From an uncultured Alistipes sp. (GTDB lineage Bacteria; Bacteroidota; Bacteroidia; Bacteroidales; Rikenellaceae): 46,500 bases of DNA. The stretch is from the NCBI GenBank assembly GCA_947178455.1, contig CAMWYI010000001.1, positions 1-46,500 on the forward strand. Reading direction: 5' to 3'. Position 1 is the first letter of the stretch. The number at the start of each line of letters is the position of its first letter. The translations under genes were made by a program, and so were the position numbers. This document shows positions 20,115-29,400 of the stretch, in pieces. The notes under the pieces were generated by a model. It searched no databases. It saw nothing but the letters and a program-made list of their open reading frames with translations, and was not told the origin of the DNA.

Positions 20115-21533
20115 ATGAAATACACCGTTCTTCTGTTGGCTTCGCTGGTTCTGACCGGTTCGCCCGCGTTCGCGGCCGAGCGAAGTCCCCGCAAAAAAAA
20201 TCAGCCGACGCAAACCGACGCCTACTACGCCGCTTACGAAGCGGAACAGGCCGCAGCCATAGCCGCCGCCGTAGCCGCTGCACTCGGCACCGATTCGCAA
20301 CCGGTGGCGGCCGACGATGCACCGGAAACCGAAGAACCCGCGCCGGTCAACGACATCACGCTGGGACTGACGGCGGTGCAGGCCGATTCGCTGCTGGCCG
20401 TGTGGAACGAACGGCTGCACAACGATTCGTTCACCGATTTCTTCGACCGCTACATCGGCGTGGACAGCCTGCTCGACCATACCGACAACACGGCGCCCGA
20501 TTCGCTCTATGCCGGACGGTTGCGTGCGCTGGTATCGCCCATTCCGCTGGCCTACAACGAAATAGTCAAAGACCGAATCCACCTCTACGTCGGCAAACAG
20601 CGCGAACTGACCTCGCGCATTCTGGGCAAATCGCAATACTATTTTCCGTTCATCGAGGAGGAGCTCATCAAGGCCGAAATGCCCATCGAGCTGCGGGCCA
20701 TGCCCATCATCGAATCGGCCCTGATTTCCACCGCCACCTCGCGTGCGGGAGCCGTCGGGCTGTGGCAGTTCATGCCCAGCACCGGCAAGAATTACGGCCT
20801 CGAAATCAATTCGCTGGTCGACGAACGCCGCGACCCGCTCCGTTCGACGCAGGCCGCCGTGCGCTATCTGCGCGACCTCTACAACCTCTACGGCGACTGG
20901 ACGCTGGCCATCGCCGCCTACAACTGCGGGCCGGGCAACGTCAACAAGGCCATTGCCCGCTCGGGCACGGCCGACAAAAGCCATAGTTTCTGGGACATCT
21001 ACTACTATCTGCCCCGCGAAACGCGCGGCTACGTGCCGGCTTTCATCGGGGCGACCTATGCCTACGCCTACCACCGGCAGCACAACATCGACTTCCACGA
21101 GACGCCGATTCCCATTGCCGTCGATACGATTCGGGTCAACCGCCTGCTCCATTTCGGGCAGATTGCATCGACCATCGACCTGCCTATCGAAACGCTGCGG
21201 CAGCTCAATCCGCAATACAAACTCGACATCATTCCGGCCACGACCAAAACCTATACCCTCGTCCTGCCGCAACGCAACATCGCCCAATACATCGCCCACG
21301 AACAGGAGATTCACGCCAAAGATTCGACCTACTTGAAAGAGTACATGAATCCCGTGAATCTGAACAAAAAACTCAAAGAGGGATTGGGCGGCACGACCTA
21401 CGTCGTCAAGAAAGGCGACACGCTGGGCGGCATCGCACGGCGGTACCACGTGACGGTGGCGCAGCTGATGCGCTGGAACGGCATCCGCAACGCAAAGGCC
21501 CTGCGCATCGGCCAACGGCTGCGCGTCGGATGA
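20115..21533 (+). CDS. MltD-like lytic murein transglycosylase with C-terminal LysM
   Basis: IIES, AVGLWQFMPSTG, AAYNCGPGNV and LPRETRGYVP motifs; LysM YVVKKGDTLGGIA. Confidence 0.92.
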   Translation: MKYTVLLLASLVLTGSPAFAAERSPRKKNQPTQTDAYYAAYEAEQAAAIAAAVAAALGTDSQPVAADDAPETEEPAPVNDITLGLTAVQADSLLAVWNERLHNDSFTDFFDRYIGVDSLLDHTDNTAPDSLYAGRLRALVSPIPLAYNEIVKDRIHLYVGKQRELTSRILGKSQYYFPFIEEELIKAEMPIELRAMPIIESALISTATSRAGAVGLWQFMPSTGKNYGLEINSLVDERRDPLRSTQAAVRYLRDLYNLYGDWTLAIAAYNCGPGNVNKAIARSGTADKSHSFWDIYYYLPRETRGYVPAFIGATYAYAYHRQHNIDFHETPIPIAVDTIRVNRLLHFGQIASTIDLPIETLRQLNPQYKLDIIPATTKTYTLVLPQRNIAQYIAHEQEIHAKDSTYLKEYMNPVNLNKKLKEGLGGTTYVVKKGDTLGGIARRYHVTVAQLMRWNGIRNAKALRIGQRLRVG

Positions 21534-22942
21534 TACGCCCCGACCACGATACGATCGTCGCGCCCGCTACGGCTTCCGGCGGAGCCATTGCCGTCATCCG
21601 CATCAGCGGCGACGAAGCCCTGACGATTTGCGACCGGATTTTTCGCGGGCGGACGCCGCTCGCCGAAGCCGCCGGCTACACCGTCCACTACGGGCGCATC
21701 GTCGAACCAGCCTGCTCCGGCACCTCCCCCGACTCTTGCAGCACCGCCCCTGAACCGCCGACCGAAGAACGCACGGTCGACGACGTGCTGGCGACGGTTT
21801 TCCGCGCGCCGCACTCTTATACGGGCGAAAATTCGGTCGAATTGTCGTGTCACGGCTCCTCGTATATCGTCTCCGAAATACTGCGTTTGTTGCTCGCCGC
21901 AGGCGCCCGCATGGCGACGCCGGGCGAATTTACGCTCCGCGCCTACTTCGCCGGAAAACTCGACCTGTCGCAAGCCGAAGCGGTCGCCGACTTGATAGCC
22001 TCCTCCTCGCGAGCGGCCCATGCACTGGCCTCCAACCAGATGCGCGGCGGATACTCCGCCGCATTGGACGCCCTGCGCGACCGGCTGCTGCACCTGACGT
22101 CGCTCCTCGAACTCGAACTCGACTTTTCGGAAGAGGACGTAGAGTTCGCCGACCGACAGGCCTTGCAGGAAACAATGGAGCGCATCGACGCCGAAATCGA
22201 ACGCCTGCGCGACTCGTTCACGCTCGGCAACGCGCTCAAAGAGGGGATTCCGGTCGCTATCGTCGGTGCTCCGAACGCCGGAAAATCGACCCTGCTCAAC
22301 CGCCTGTTGAACGAAGAACGGGCCATTGTTTCGGACATCGCCGGCACGACCCGCGACATCATCGAAGAAACGGTCAATCTCGACGGTATCCGCTTCCGGT
22401 TCGTCGACACGGCCGGCATCCGCACGACCGACGACCGGCTGGAACGCATGGGCATCCAGCGCACACTGCAACGCATCGCCCAAGCCCGCATCGTCATCCG
22501 CCTGCTCGACGCCGCCGCGTTTACCGGCACCGTCCCGCCGCCCGACTTCGACTTGCCAGAGGGATGCACCCTACTGACCGTCCTCAACAAAACCGACCTC
22601 TACCCCAGCCTCGTCATCCCGCAGGACGTAATCGGCCTATCGGCCCGCAATGGCGACGGAATCGACGCCTTGCGGCGCGCGTTGTTGCAAACCATCGGTG
22701 CCGATTCACTATATCAAGGAGAAACTATCGTATCCAATGGTCGTCATTTCGAGGCTTTGTCCGGCGCTCACGACGCGCTTTCCCGCGCTTTGGCCGCATT
22801 GCACAGCGGGTTGCCTGCCGATTTGTTGAGCGAGGATATTCAGCAGGTCATCCGCTTCATCGGTGAAATCACCGGCCGCGGCGTCATCCTCTCCGACGAA
22901 ATTTTAGGAAATATCTTCTCGAAGTTTTGCATCGGAAAGTAA
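21530..22942 (+). CDS. mnmE: tRNA modification GTPase MnmE (TrmE)
   Basis: GAPNAGKS, GTTRD, DTAG and NKTD motifs; terminal FCIGK. Confidence 0.97.
   Translation: MIRPDHDTIVAPATASGGAIAVIRISGDEALTICDRIFRGRTPLAEAAGYTVHYGRIVEPACSGTSPDSCSTAPEPPTEERTVDDVLATVFRAPHSYTGENSVELSCHGSSYIVSEILRLLLAAGARMATPGEFTLRAYFAGKLDLSQAEAVADLIASSSRAAHALASNQMRGGYSAALDALRDRLLHLTSLLELELDFSEEDVEFADRQALQETMERIDAEIERLRDSFTLGNALKEGIPVAIVGAPNAGKSTLLNRLLNEERAIVSDIAGTTRDIIEETVNLDGIRFRFVDTAGIRTTDDRLERMGIQRTLQRIAQARIVIRLLDAAAFTGTVPPPDFDLPEGCTLLTVLNKTDLYPSLVIPQDVIGLSARNGDGIDALRRALLQTIGADSLYQGETIVSNGRHFEALSGAHDALSRALAALHSGLPADLLSEDIQQVIRFIGEITGRGVILSDEILGNIFSKFCIGK
22925..22942 (+). repeat. attL (last 6 codons of mnmE)
   Basis: TTTTGCATCGGAAAGTAA; 15/18 identical to 45931-45948. 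Confidence 0.85.
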
Positions 22943-23055
22943 CCTAAGAAAACAAGAAGTGAAGAATACACAAATAATATCATTGATTATTAGCGTATTA
23001 AAGTAGAAAATATTCATCTTTATTCGTTCTTTGATTTTCCATTACACTCGGTGTT

Positions 23056-23096
23056 TTTGCAACATATTTGCAACTTATACATTTGCGTGTTGCAAA
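23056..23096. repeat. TTTGCAAC octamer x3 (two direct, one inverted), putative integrase arm-type or regulator sites
   Basis: TTTGCAAC at 23056 and 23067; GTTGCAAA at 23089. Confidence 0.55.
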
Positions 23097-23139
23097 TTTT
23101 CTGCTTATTTTTGCCGCACGATAATTAACGTGTGCGGCT

Positions 23140-24261
23140 ATGGAAATCAAACTAATCAAACGCAAGCTGAAGACAGGGCGGACATCGCTGGTACTCGAAT
23201 ATTACATGGGGTATTCGGTTGCCGCAAACGGCACGACAAGACCCCAACGTAAATTCGAGACCCTCGAATACTACCTCTACACCGACCCGAAAAACAAGTT
23301 GGAGCGCGACCACAACAAGGTCAACCTCGAAATGGCCGAGAAGGTCAAGGCCAAACGGCTGCTTGCCGAGCAGAACGAGCAATACGGCTTTGCGGTGAAA
23401 TATAAAATCCGCACCAACCTCGTCGAATACATCAAGGGCCTGATCGAACAGCGCAAGGAGTCGCCGGGAAATTGGGGCAATTGGGATAGCGCGTTGAAAC
23501 ACCTCGTCGCCTATGCCGGAACGAATACGACGTTCGAGATGGTCGACAAAAAGTTCGTCGAGGGATTCAAAACCTATTTGGCGAAGCAGGCCAAGACCAA
23601 AAGCGGCACCGCGCTTTCGTCGAACAGCCAGAGCAGCTATTTCCTCAAACTCAAAGCCGCGCTGAACCAAGCGGTCGAGGACGGTATCATCCCCCACTCG
23701 CCCGCCATGTCGGTCAAACCCGCACACATCGAGGACGTACACCGCGAATACCTGACTTTCGACGAGCTGCAGCGCCTCGCCAAAACGGAGTGTCCGTATC
23801 CCGTGCTGAAAGATGCGTTTCTCTTCTCGTGCCTGACCGGCATGCGCTGGAGCGACATCAACAAACTGACGTGGGCCGAGGTGCAGGAGTTCGACGGCAC
23901 TACGCGCATCGTCTTCCGGCAGAAAAAGACCAAAGGGCTGGAGTACCTCGACATCACCGACCAAGCTGTGCGCTATATGGGTCAGCGCGGCAAACCCGAC
24001 GAGCGGGTCTTTGTCGGACTGAAATACTCCGCATGGCACAACCTCGCTCTGCGCGAATGGTGCCTGAAAGCGGGCATTACGAAGCACATCACGTTCCACT
24101 GCGGCCGCCATACATTCGCCGTGCTGCAACTCTCGCTCGGCACGGAGATCTACACCGTGTCGAAACTCCTCGGCCACCGCGAACTGAAAACGACGCAGGT
24201 CTATGCGCAGATTATGGATGCGAAGAAACGCGAAGCGGTGAATCGGATTCCGGAATTATAA
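23140..24261 (+). CDS. Tyrosine recombinase / site-specific integrase (Bacteroidetes transposon type)
   Basis: Catalytic R (TGMRWSD), HxxR (FHCGRHTF), LGH and Y (TTQVY); arm-binding-like N-terminus. Confidence 0.95.
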   Translation: MEIKLIKRKLKTGRTSLVLEYYMGYSVAANGTTRPQRKFETLEYYLYTDPKNKLERDHNKVNLEMAEKVKAKRLLAEQNEQYGFAVKYKIRTNLVEYIKGLIEQRKESPGNWGNWDSALKHLVAYAGTNTTFEMVDKKFVEGFKTYLAKQAKTKSGTALSSNSQSSYFLKLKAALNQAVEDGIIPHSPAMSVKPAHIEDVHREYLTFDELQRLAKTECPYPVLKDAFLFSCLTGMRWSDINKLTWAEVQEFDGTTRIVFRQKKTKGLEYLDITDQAVRYMGQRGKPDERVFVGLKYSAWHNLALREWCLKAGITKHITFHCGRHTFAVLQLSLGTEIYTVSKLLGHRELKTTQVYAQIMDAKKREAVNRIPEL

Positions 24262-24274
24262 CTATCTTTATGCT

Positions 24275-25270
24275 ATGGAGAACGAAATGTTGATATACCG
24301 CTCGGCCGACGGGAACATCAAAATCGACGTCCGCATGGGCGAGGAGACCGTCTGGCTGACCCAAGACCAGATGGCGACGCTGTTCGGAAAGGCCAAATCC
24401 ACCATCAACGAACACCTGAAAAACATTTTTTCTGAGGGTGAACTGGTCGCCGATTCAGTTATTCGGAATTTCCGAACAACTGCCGCCGACGGCAAAAGCT
24501 ATGACACGAACTACTATAACCTCGACGTGATTATTTCGGTTGGCTACCGTGTGAAATCGCACCAAGGCACGCAATTCCGCATTTGGGCGACGCAGGTGCT
24601 GCGCGAGTACCTCATCAAGGGGTTCGCACTGAACGACGAACGGATGAAGACGGGCAAGTCGATGAATTATTTCGACGAGTTGCAGGAGCGCATCCGCGAA
24701 ATCCGCCTTTCGGAACGGGTCTTCTACCAAAAGGTCAAAGACATCTACACGACGAGCATCGACTATGACCCGAAAGCCGAAAAGACGATCGAGTTTTTCA
24801 AAATCGTGCAGAACAAACTGCTGTGGGCCATCAGCAGCCAAACGGCCGCCGAGTTAGTCGCCCACCGCGCCGATGCCCGACTGCCAATGATGGGCATGAC
24901 CTCCTGCGACAAGAGCGACCCGCGACGCATCACCAAGGCCGATGCCGCGACCGCGAAAAACTACCTGACCGAAGAAGAGATGAAAGACCTCGGTCTGCTA
25001 GTCGAACAATACCTCGCATTCGCCGAAAGCCAAGCGCGACGGCAGGTGCCCATGTATATGGCCGACTGGATCAAGAAGCTGAACGACATTTTAGTTATCA
25101 ACGGGCGCGAACTGCTCGAACACGCAGGACAAATCAGCCACAAGGTCGCCGAAAGCATCGCGGCCCAACAACTCGACGCCTATAAAGACCGTTTGCGCGA
25201 AGAGGAACGCCGCGCAAGCCTCGCCGAACTCGAAGCCGATCTGCAAGCCGCAGCCAAGAAACAACCATGA
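24275..25270 (+). CDS. RhuM-family (virulence RhuM) DNA-binding protein
   Basis: ETVWLTQDQMATLFG..YNLDVIISVGYRVKS..QFRIWATQVLREYLIKGF signature. Confidence 0.9.
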   Translation: MENEMLIYRSADGNIKIDVRMGEETVWLTQDQMATLFGKAKSTINEHLKNIFSEGELVADSVIRNFRTTAADGKSYDTNYYNLDVIISVGYRVKSHQGTQFRIWATQVLREYLIKGFALNDERMKTGKSMNYFDELQERIREIRLSERVFYQKVKDIYTTSIDYDPKAEKTIEFFKIVQNKLLWAISSQTAAELVAHRADARLPMMGMTSCDKSDPRRITKADAATAKNYLTEEEMKDLGLLVEQYLAFAESQARRQVPMYMADWIKKLNDILVINGRELLEHAGQISHKVAESIAAQQLDAYKDRLREEERRASLAELEADLQAAAKKQP

Positions 25271-26214
25271 CCCGTGTCGAATACATACGCTTGTCGCACC
25301 GGCGCACCAATCGCAAAATCCGCGAACGGTTGCAAGCGATGCGCACCCGATTGGATGCCAAAAGCCGATGGCTCGGCTGTGCATGGCAGGCGGTCGCATG
25401 GGTGCTGTACGGAGCGGTCAGCGTGGTGAGCTGGCTGGCATTCGCCGAAGCGATGTTCAAGGACAATCGCTTTTCGCTGCACTACATGGAGTGCGAAATC
25501 GAGCATCGCAAACTCACATTGGCCAAAGCGCGCCGATACATCGCCGACAAAAAGCAGGAATACGACCGTCGGCTCGCCTACGGTTCGGTTTCGACCAAGG
25601 AACAGCGCCGCATCGACAAGACGTTCGAATATCTTTTCGCCCGTTACCCGGCAGACAACCCTGCGGACGAACTGCTGACCCGTATCGCCGAAGTCCGGTC
25701 TACCGTTACCGAAATCGCCGACTACACCCGTCATCGGCAGACGGAGGAGGCACAGCGCAAGGAGCGCGAAGCGGAGTTGCTGGCCCAAGCCGAGAAACGC
25801 CGTGCCGTCCAGCACAGCCGCACCGGGTTCGACCCTGCACCCACCGACTTTTGCCCGCGCCTGACCGACCGACAAATCACCATACTGACCGAACACGTCA
25901 ACCGAATCGGCATCTTCAAACGCGACACGACCGAAGAGGAGATTGCCCGACTGCTGGCCTGCCAACTCGCAGAACCGTTGCAGACGACGCACAACAAGCT
26001 GCTGGCGCTGCTGCTCGAATCGTTGAGTGCGTCCCGATTGATTACCCCGAAATGGCAGCGGGTCGCCGGAAACAACGGCTGTTTCACCTCGAAGTTGGGC
26101 AAACCGCTGACGGCAAAAGACCTCTCGGCAGCCAAACAGATGGCCGAGATCATCGACCGCCGCAAGGAGCGGATGATTCTCGACTGCATCGAGGCACTGG
26201 AAGCCGCAGAATAA
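25267..26214 (+). CDS. Hypothetical protein of the mobile element backbone
   Basis: 315-aa ORF with ATGA overlap to rhuM, followed by a terminator; one hydrophobic segment near the N-terminus. Confidence 0.7.
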   Translation: MTRVEYIRLSHRRTNRKIRERLQAMRTRLDAKSRWLGCAWQAVAWVLYGAVSVVSWLAFAEAMFKDNRFSLHYMECEIEHRKLTLAKARRYIADKKQEYDRRLAYGSVSTKEQRRIDKTFEYLFARYPADNPADELLTRIAEVRSTVTEIADYTRHRQTEEAQRKEREAELLAQAEKRRAVQHSRTGFDPAPTDFCPRLTDRQITILTEHVNRIGIFKRDTTEEEIARLLACQLAEPLQTTHNKLLALLLESLSASRLITPKWQRVAGNNGCFTSKLGKPLTAKDLSAAKQMAEIIDRRKERMILDCIEALEAAE

Positions 26215-26235
26215 TCGTCGCACCCTCACCCTTTG

Positions 26236-26269
26236 AACAGGATTTCGCACCCCGGAATCCTGTTTTTTT
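26236..26269 (+). terminator. Rho-independent terminator
   Basis: AACAGGATT...AATCCTGTT stem running into a T-tract. Confidence 0.75.
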
Positions 26270-26494
26270 GTGTCCTTATAGCCACCGAATATTGGAAACG
26301 TTGTCCAAAAATGTCGAAACATAGGCAGCCAATGCGGACAGCTTTTCGTTGAACTTTCTTTGCACTCGTAATTACACCACGAGCGTTGCGCAACGCCTTT
26401 TATCAAACCTTTTCGATAAGCCGAGTACAGAGACGTGCTTGCACGTGCTCTGCCGAGGCGAGAAAAGGTGCATGAAATTGAACGCTAAAACAAA

Positions 26495-26794
26495 ATGATT
26501 ATGAGTGAAAACACATCTGTCGAGCAACGGCTCGACCGTATCGAACAACTGCTTCGGGGACAAAAGACGGTCTTGAACTTCGCCGAAGCATGCGAATTTA
26601 CGGGGCTGTCGAAGACCTATATGTACAAGCTTACCCACCAAGGGCGAATCCCCCATTTCAAACCCCACGGCAAAAACATCTATTTCAACCGCGAGGAGTT
26701 GGAACGGTGGCTATTGCAGAATCCCGTCAAGACGGCCGAACAGAAAGAACGCGAAGCCGTCGATTATGTCGTCCGCAAACGACGACCGAGGTAG
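26495..26794 (+). CDS. Excisionase-like helix-turn-helix protein
   Basis: VLNFAEACEFTGLSKTYMYKLTHQGRIPHFKPHGKNIYFNREELERWL is a typical Xis/MerR-like HTH. The start may be 26501. Confidence 0.88.
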   Translation: MIMSENTSVEQRLDRIEQLLRGQKTVLNFAEACEFTGLSKTYMYKLTHQGRIPHFKPHGKNIYFNREELERWLLQNPVKTAEQKEREAVDYVVRKRRPR

Positions 26795-26800
26795 CATTTC

Positions 26801-26841
26801 ATCCGGCCCGCTCCGGCTCTTCGGAGCGGGTCGGATCTTTT
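26801..26841 (+). terminator. Strong Rho-independent terminator after xis
   Basis: ATCCGGCCCGCTCCG-gctctt-CGGAGCGGGTCGGAT (15-bp stem, one G-U pair) then CTTTT. Confidence 0.85.
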
Positions 26842-26850
26842 ATCAATCAA

Positions 26851-26900
26851 AGAGGCAAGTTTGTGTTTTTGTAGTACAAAAACGTGCCGCCGCTGTTCGG
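26851..26900. other. Putative oriT
   Basis: GGCAAGTTTGT adjoining a perfect inverted repeat GTTTTTGTA-G-TACAAAAAC (26865-26883), just upstream of mobC-relaxase. Position and form are typical, but the nick site is not established. Confidence 0.45.
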
Positions 26901-26939
26901 TGGCAACATCCCGTTGGTCTATTAGCACGAAATCAATCC

Positions 26940-27299
26940 ATGAAACAAATACCGATTAACAAAGGCGGGCGACCTGCCATAAGCGAGGGCCGCCGCAAGA
27001 AATATCTGCTATCGTTACGGCTCGATGCCGAACATTACTTCAAGCTGAAATCGCTTGTCCACACCTCCGGTCATGGAACAGCCGAAGTCCTCCGGCAGTT
27101 GATAGCAGCCGGTCGTGTGCGCGAGCGTCTGCGCCGCGAACATCTGGATTTCATGTCCCAACTCAAAGGTATGGCCCGCAACCTGAACCAACTCACCCGC
27201 CTCGCCCATGCGAAAGGATTTATGGAGATAGTGTCTCGCCATGCAGCTATTGTTGTAAAAATTGAATCCCTGTTAAAGCATCTTCGCGATGATCGGTAA
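26940..27299 (+). CDS. mobC: MobC-type relaxosome accessory protein (RHH)
   Basis: KGGRP N-terminus and LKGMARNLNQLTRLAH (MobC NLNQ motif); overlaps the relaxase start; ATG 26940. Confidence 0.85.
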   Translation: MKQIPINKGGRPAISEGRRKKYLLSLRLDAEHYFKLKSLVHTSGHGTAEVLRQLIAAGRVRERLRREHLDFMSQLKGMARNLNQLTRLAHAKGFMEIVSRHAAIVVKIESLLKHLRDDR

Positions 27300-28371
27300 A
27301 ATTATCGCAGGGTCATCATTCGCAGGGACAGTCGGATATGTCGTAAAGAAACAGTCGCGGATATTGTCAGCCGAGGGTGTAACCCCGCCCGATGTTCGGG
27401 AGATAGTGCAGGATTTCAAAGACCAAACATTATTGAATCCACGTATCAAGAATGCCATCGGGCATATATCCCTTTCGTTTTCTCCGAAAGACAGTGTGCG
27501 AATGACTGACGCTTTGATGCGGGATATTGCCAAGGAATATATGCAGCGCATGGGAATTACCGATACGCAGTATCTGCTGGTGCGACACCTCGACAAACCG
27601 CATCCGCATTGTCATCTAATCTATAATCGGGTAGGAAACAACGGACAAACCATCTCGGACAAGAATATGAAAATCCGCAATGCCAAGGTTTGTCGCGCAT
27701 TGACCGAGAAATACGGGTTGCACCTTGCGCCGGGCAAAGAATCGGTACGTCGGGAACGCTTGCGGGAACCCGACAAAACCAAATACGAAATATACGACGC
27801 AATCAAAACAGCATTGCCTCAGTCTCGAAGCTGGAGTGAATTGGAAAAACATTTGAAAGAGCACGATATTGCTGTGCGCTATAAGTATTGCGGTTCGACC
27901 AATGAAAAACAAAGGGTATTGTTCAGCAAGAACGGGTTCGAATTCTCTGGCTCGAAGATAGATCGGCAATTCAGCTACTCCAAGTTGAACCGGCACTTTG
28001 CACAAGCACAGCAACAAACACCCTATCGGGCGACGCTTGCGAAGGGATTCCATGCAGCCATAAGCAATTATCGGTCGGCATACACCGCCCTATTCGGCAA
28101 TACAGGCGGAAATGGAAATAAAGGGCGAACAGATAATAACATTGTGAATTTTGGTGGAAACATTGGTGTATTGCCGTTGCCGCCCAGCGATTCGCCTGTC
28201 GGATTGTCTGCGGCCCAACTCCAACGCCAACCCGGCGAAAGTCCCGAAGAACATATTGCCCGCATCACAGTACTGCTCAACACTGTCGCCGAAGCAATAG
28301 CGGTAGCAGCGATGGAACAGAAGCGCAAACTGCGAGACCGAAAAGCGAACAAACCAAAAATGAAATTATAA
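27289..28371 (+). CDS. Relaxase/mobilization nuclease (MOB-P-like)
   Basis: N-terminal Tyr (GTVGYV), HISLSFSP, and HUH/3H motif RHLDKPHPHCHLIYNRV. Confidence 0.92.
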   Translation: MIGKIIAGSSFAGTVGYVVKKQSRILSAEGVTPPDVREIVQDFKDQTLLNPRIKNAIGHISLSFSPKDSVRMTDALMRDIAKEYMQRMGITDTQYLLVRHLDKPHPHCHLIYNRVGNNGQTISDKNMKIRNAKVCRALTEKYGLHLAPGKESVRRERLREPDKTKYEIYDAIKTALPQSRSWSELEKHLKEHDIAVRYKYCGSTNEKQRVLFSKNGFEFSGSKIDRQFSYSKLNRHFAQAQQQTPYRATLAKGFHAAISNYRSAYTALFGNTGGNGNKGRTDNNIVNFGGNIGVLPLPPSDSPVGLSAAQLQRQPGESPEEHIARITVLLNTVAEAIAVAAMEQKRKLRDRKANKPKMKL

Positions 28372-28391
28372 ACATAAATCGACAATCTGTT

Positions 28392-29060
28392 ATGAAAGAA
28401 AACAATATGATGTCTTACGAAATGTATGAAGACTTCAAGGAGACAATAGTCAAAACCATCAAAGCCGAACTGTCGGCAAAGCATAATCAATCGGGCGACA
28501 ATGATCTACCCCAACGGATAGAGCAAATCGTTCACTCCGAACAAGAACAGCAACGGGCAATAATAACCCAGCTTGCCAAAAGACTGGGAAGCATCGAACG
28601 GAGCAACGCAAAGACCAAAGCTGGAATAGATAACTTGCAAACATCTATCGAATCGATTGAAATCCCCACCGAATTGCCGCCGAGAATCGTGCAGCACAGA
28701 ATATCGCTCGCCATCGAATCGAAAGGAGTATTTTGGACGATGATAGGCATGATGTCGGCAATCGTACTGCTGTGCACAATGCTGTATTGGACTGCCAGAC
28801 CCAACTACGACCGCATCGACAACGACCTGAAATACCGCTATATCAAAATGAAAGGCGAAGCGACCTCCGACCGCCTTGCCGAACTGGAAGAAATATTCGA
28901 ATTACACCGCGACAACACAAAAATCCGAGAGATGAAGAAAGATGTCGAAGAATATGAACGAACCATACAACGCAAGGTGCAGTTGGAAGAACAAGCAAGG
29001 CTGAAAGAACGGGAAGCAAAGCGTCTGGACGAAAATGCCTCCCACCTGAAAAACAAATAA
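28392..29060 (+). CDS. Mob-associated coiled-coil membrane protein
   Basis: Coiled coil, single TM (VFWTMIGMMSAIVLLCTMLYW), then DNDLKYRYIKM; third gene of the mob operon. Confidence 0.7.
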   Translation: MKENNMMSYEMYEDFKETIVKTIKAELSAKHNQSGDNDLPQRIEQIVHSEQEQQRAIITQLAKRLGSIERSNAKTKAGIDNLQTSIESIEIPTELPPRIVQHRISLAIESKGVFWTMIGMMSAIVLLCTMLYWTARPNYDRIDNDLKYRYIKMKGEATSDRLAELEEIFELHRDNTKIREMKKDVEEYERTIQRKVQLEEQARLKEREAKRLDENASHLKNK

Positions 29061-29093
29061 GCCATTCCTTTTGTCCGCAAAAGTATGGCCGCC

Positions 29094-29147
29094 AAAAGAA
29101 ATCCGCAAGGTCATGCAAGTTGCTACGCAAACCTTGCGGATATTCTT
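29094..29147. terminator. Probable bidirectional terminator between the convergent mob and defence operons
   Basis: ATCCGCAAGGT...ACCTTGCGGAT stem (29101-29141), with AAAAGAA on the left and ATTCTTT on the right. Confidence 0.6.
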
Positions 29148-29400
29148 TCCGGCGGCATCGGCTGGTCGCTACCAAAGAAAATGGCAAAGTCTGAACACCA
29201 TATAAAGCTGTATTTTCCGAAATTTACAGCGCGATACCACACTGCAAATATTTTCTATCTTTATCATGTTACGCATATTTTACTTTCATTATCAAGAAAA
29301 TACAATCTATCACACTTCACAGCCAGTACATAAACCGAATATTGGCAATGTACCAATAAACCTTGTCTCGGTCTACTCTATCTGTAGCCCCACATAGACA

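Noticed and set aside
29085-29333. 82-aa ORF between the mob and defence operons
   Set aside because: It spans a terminator hairpin and the GC-to-AT junction and has no motifs; probably spurious.
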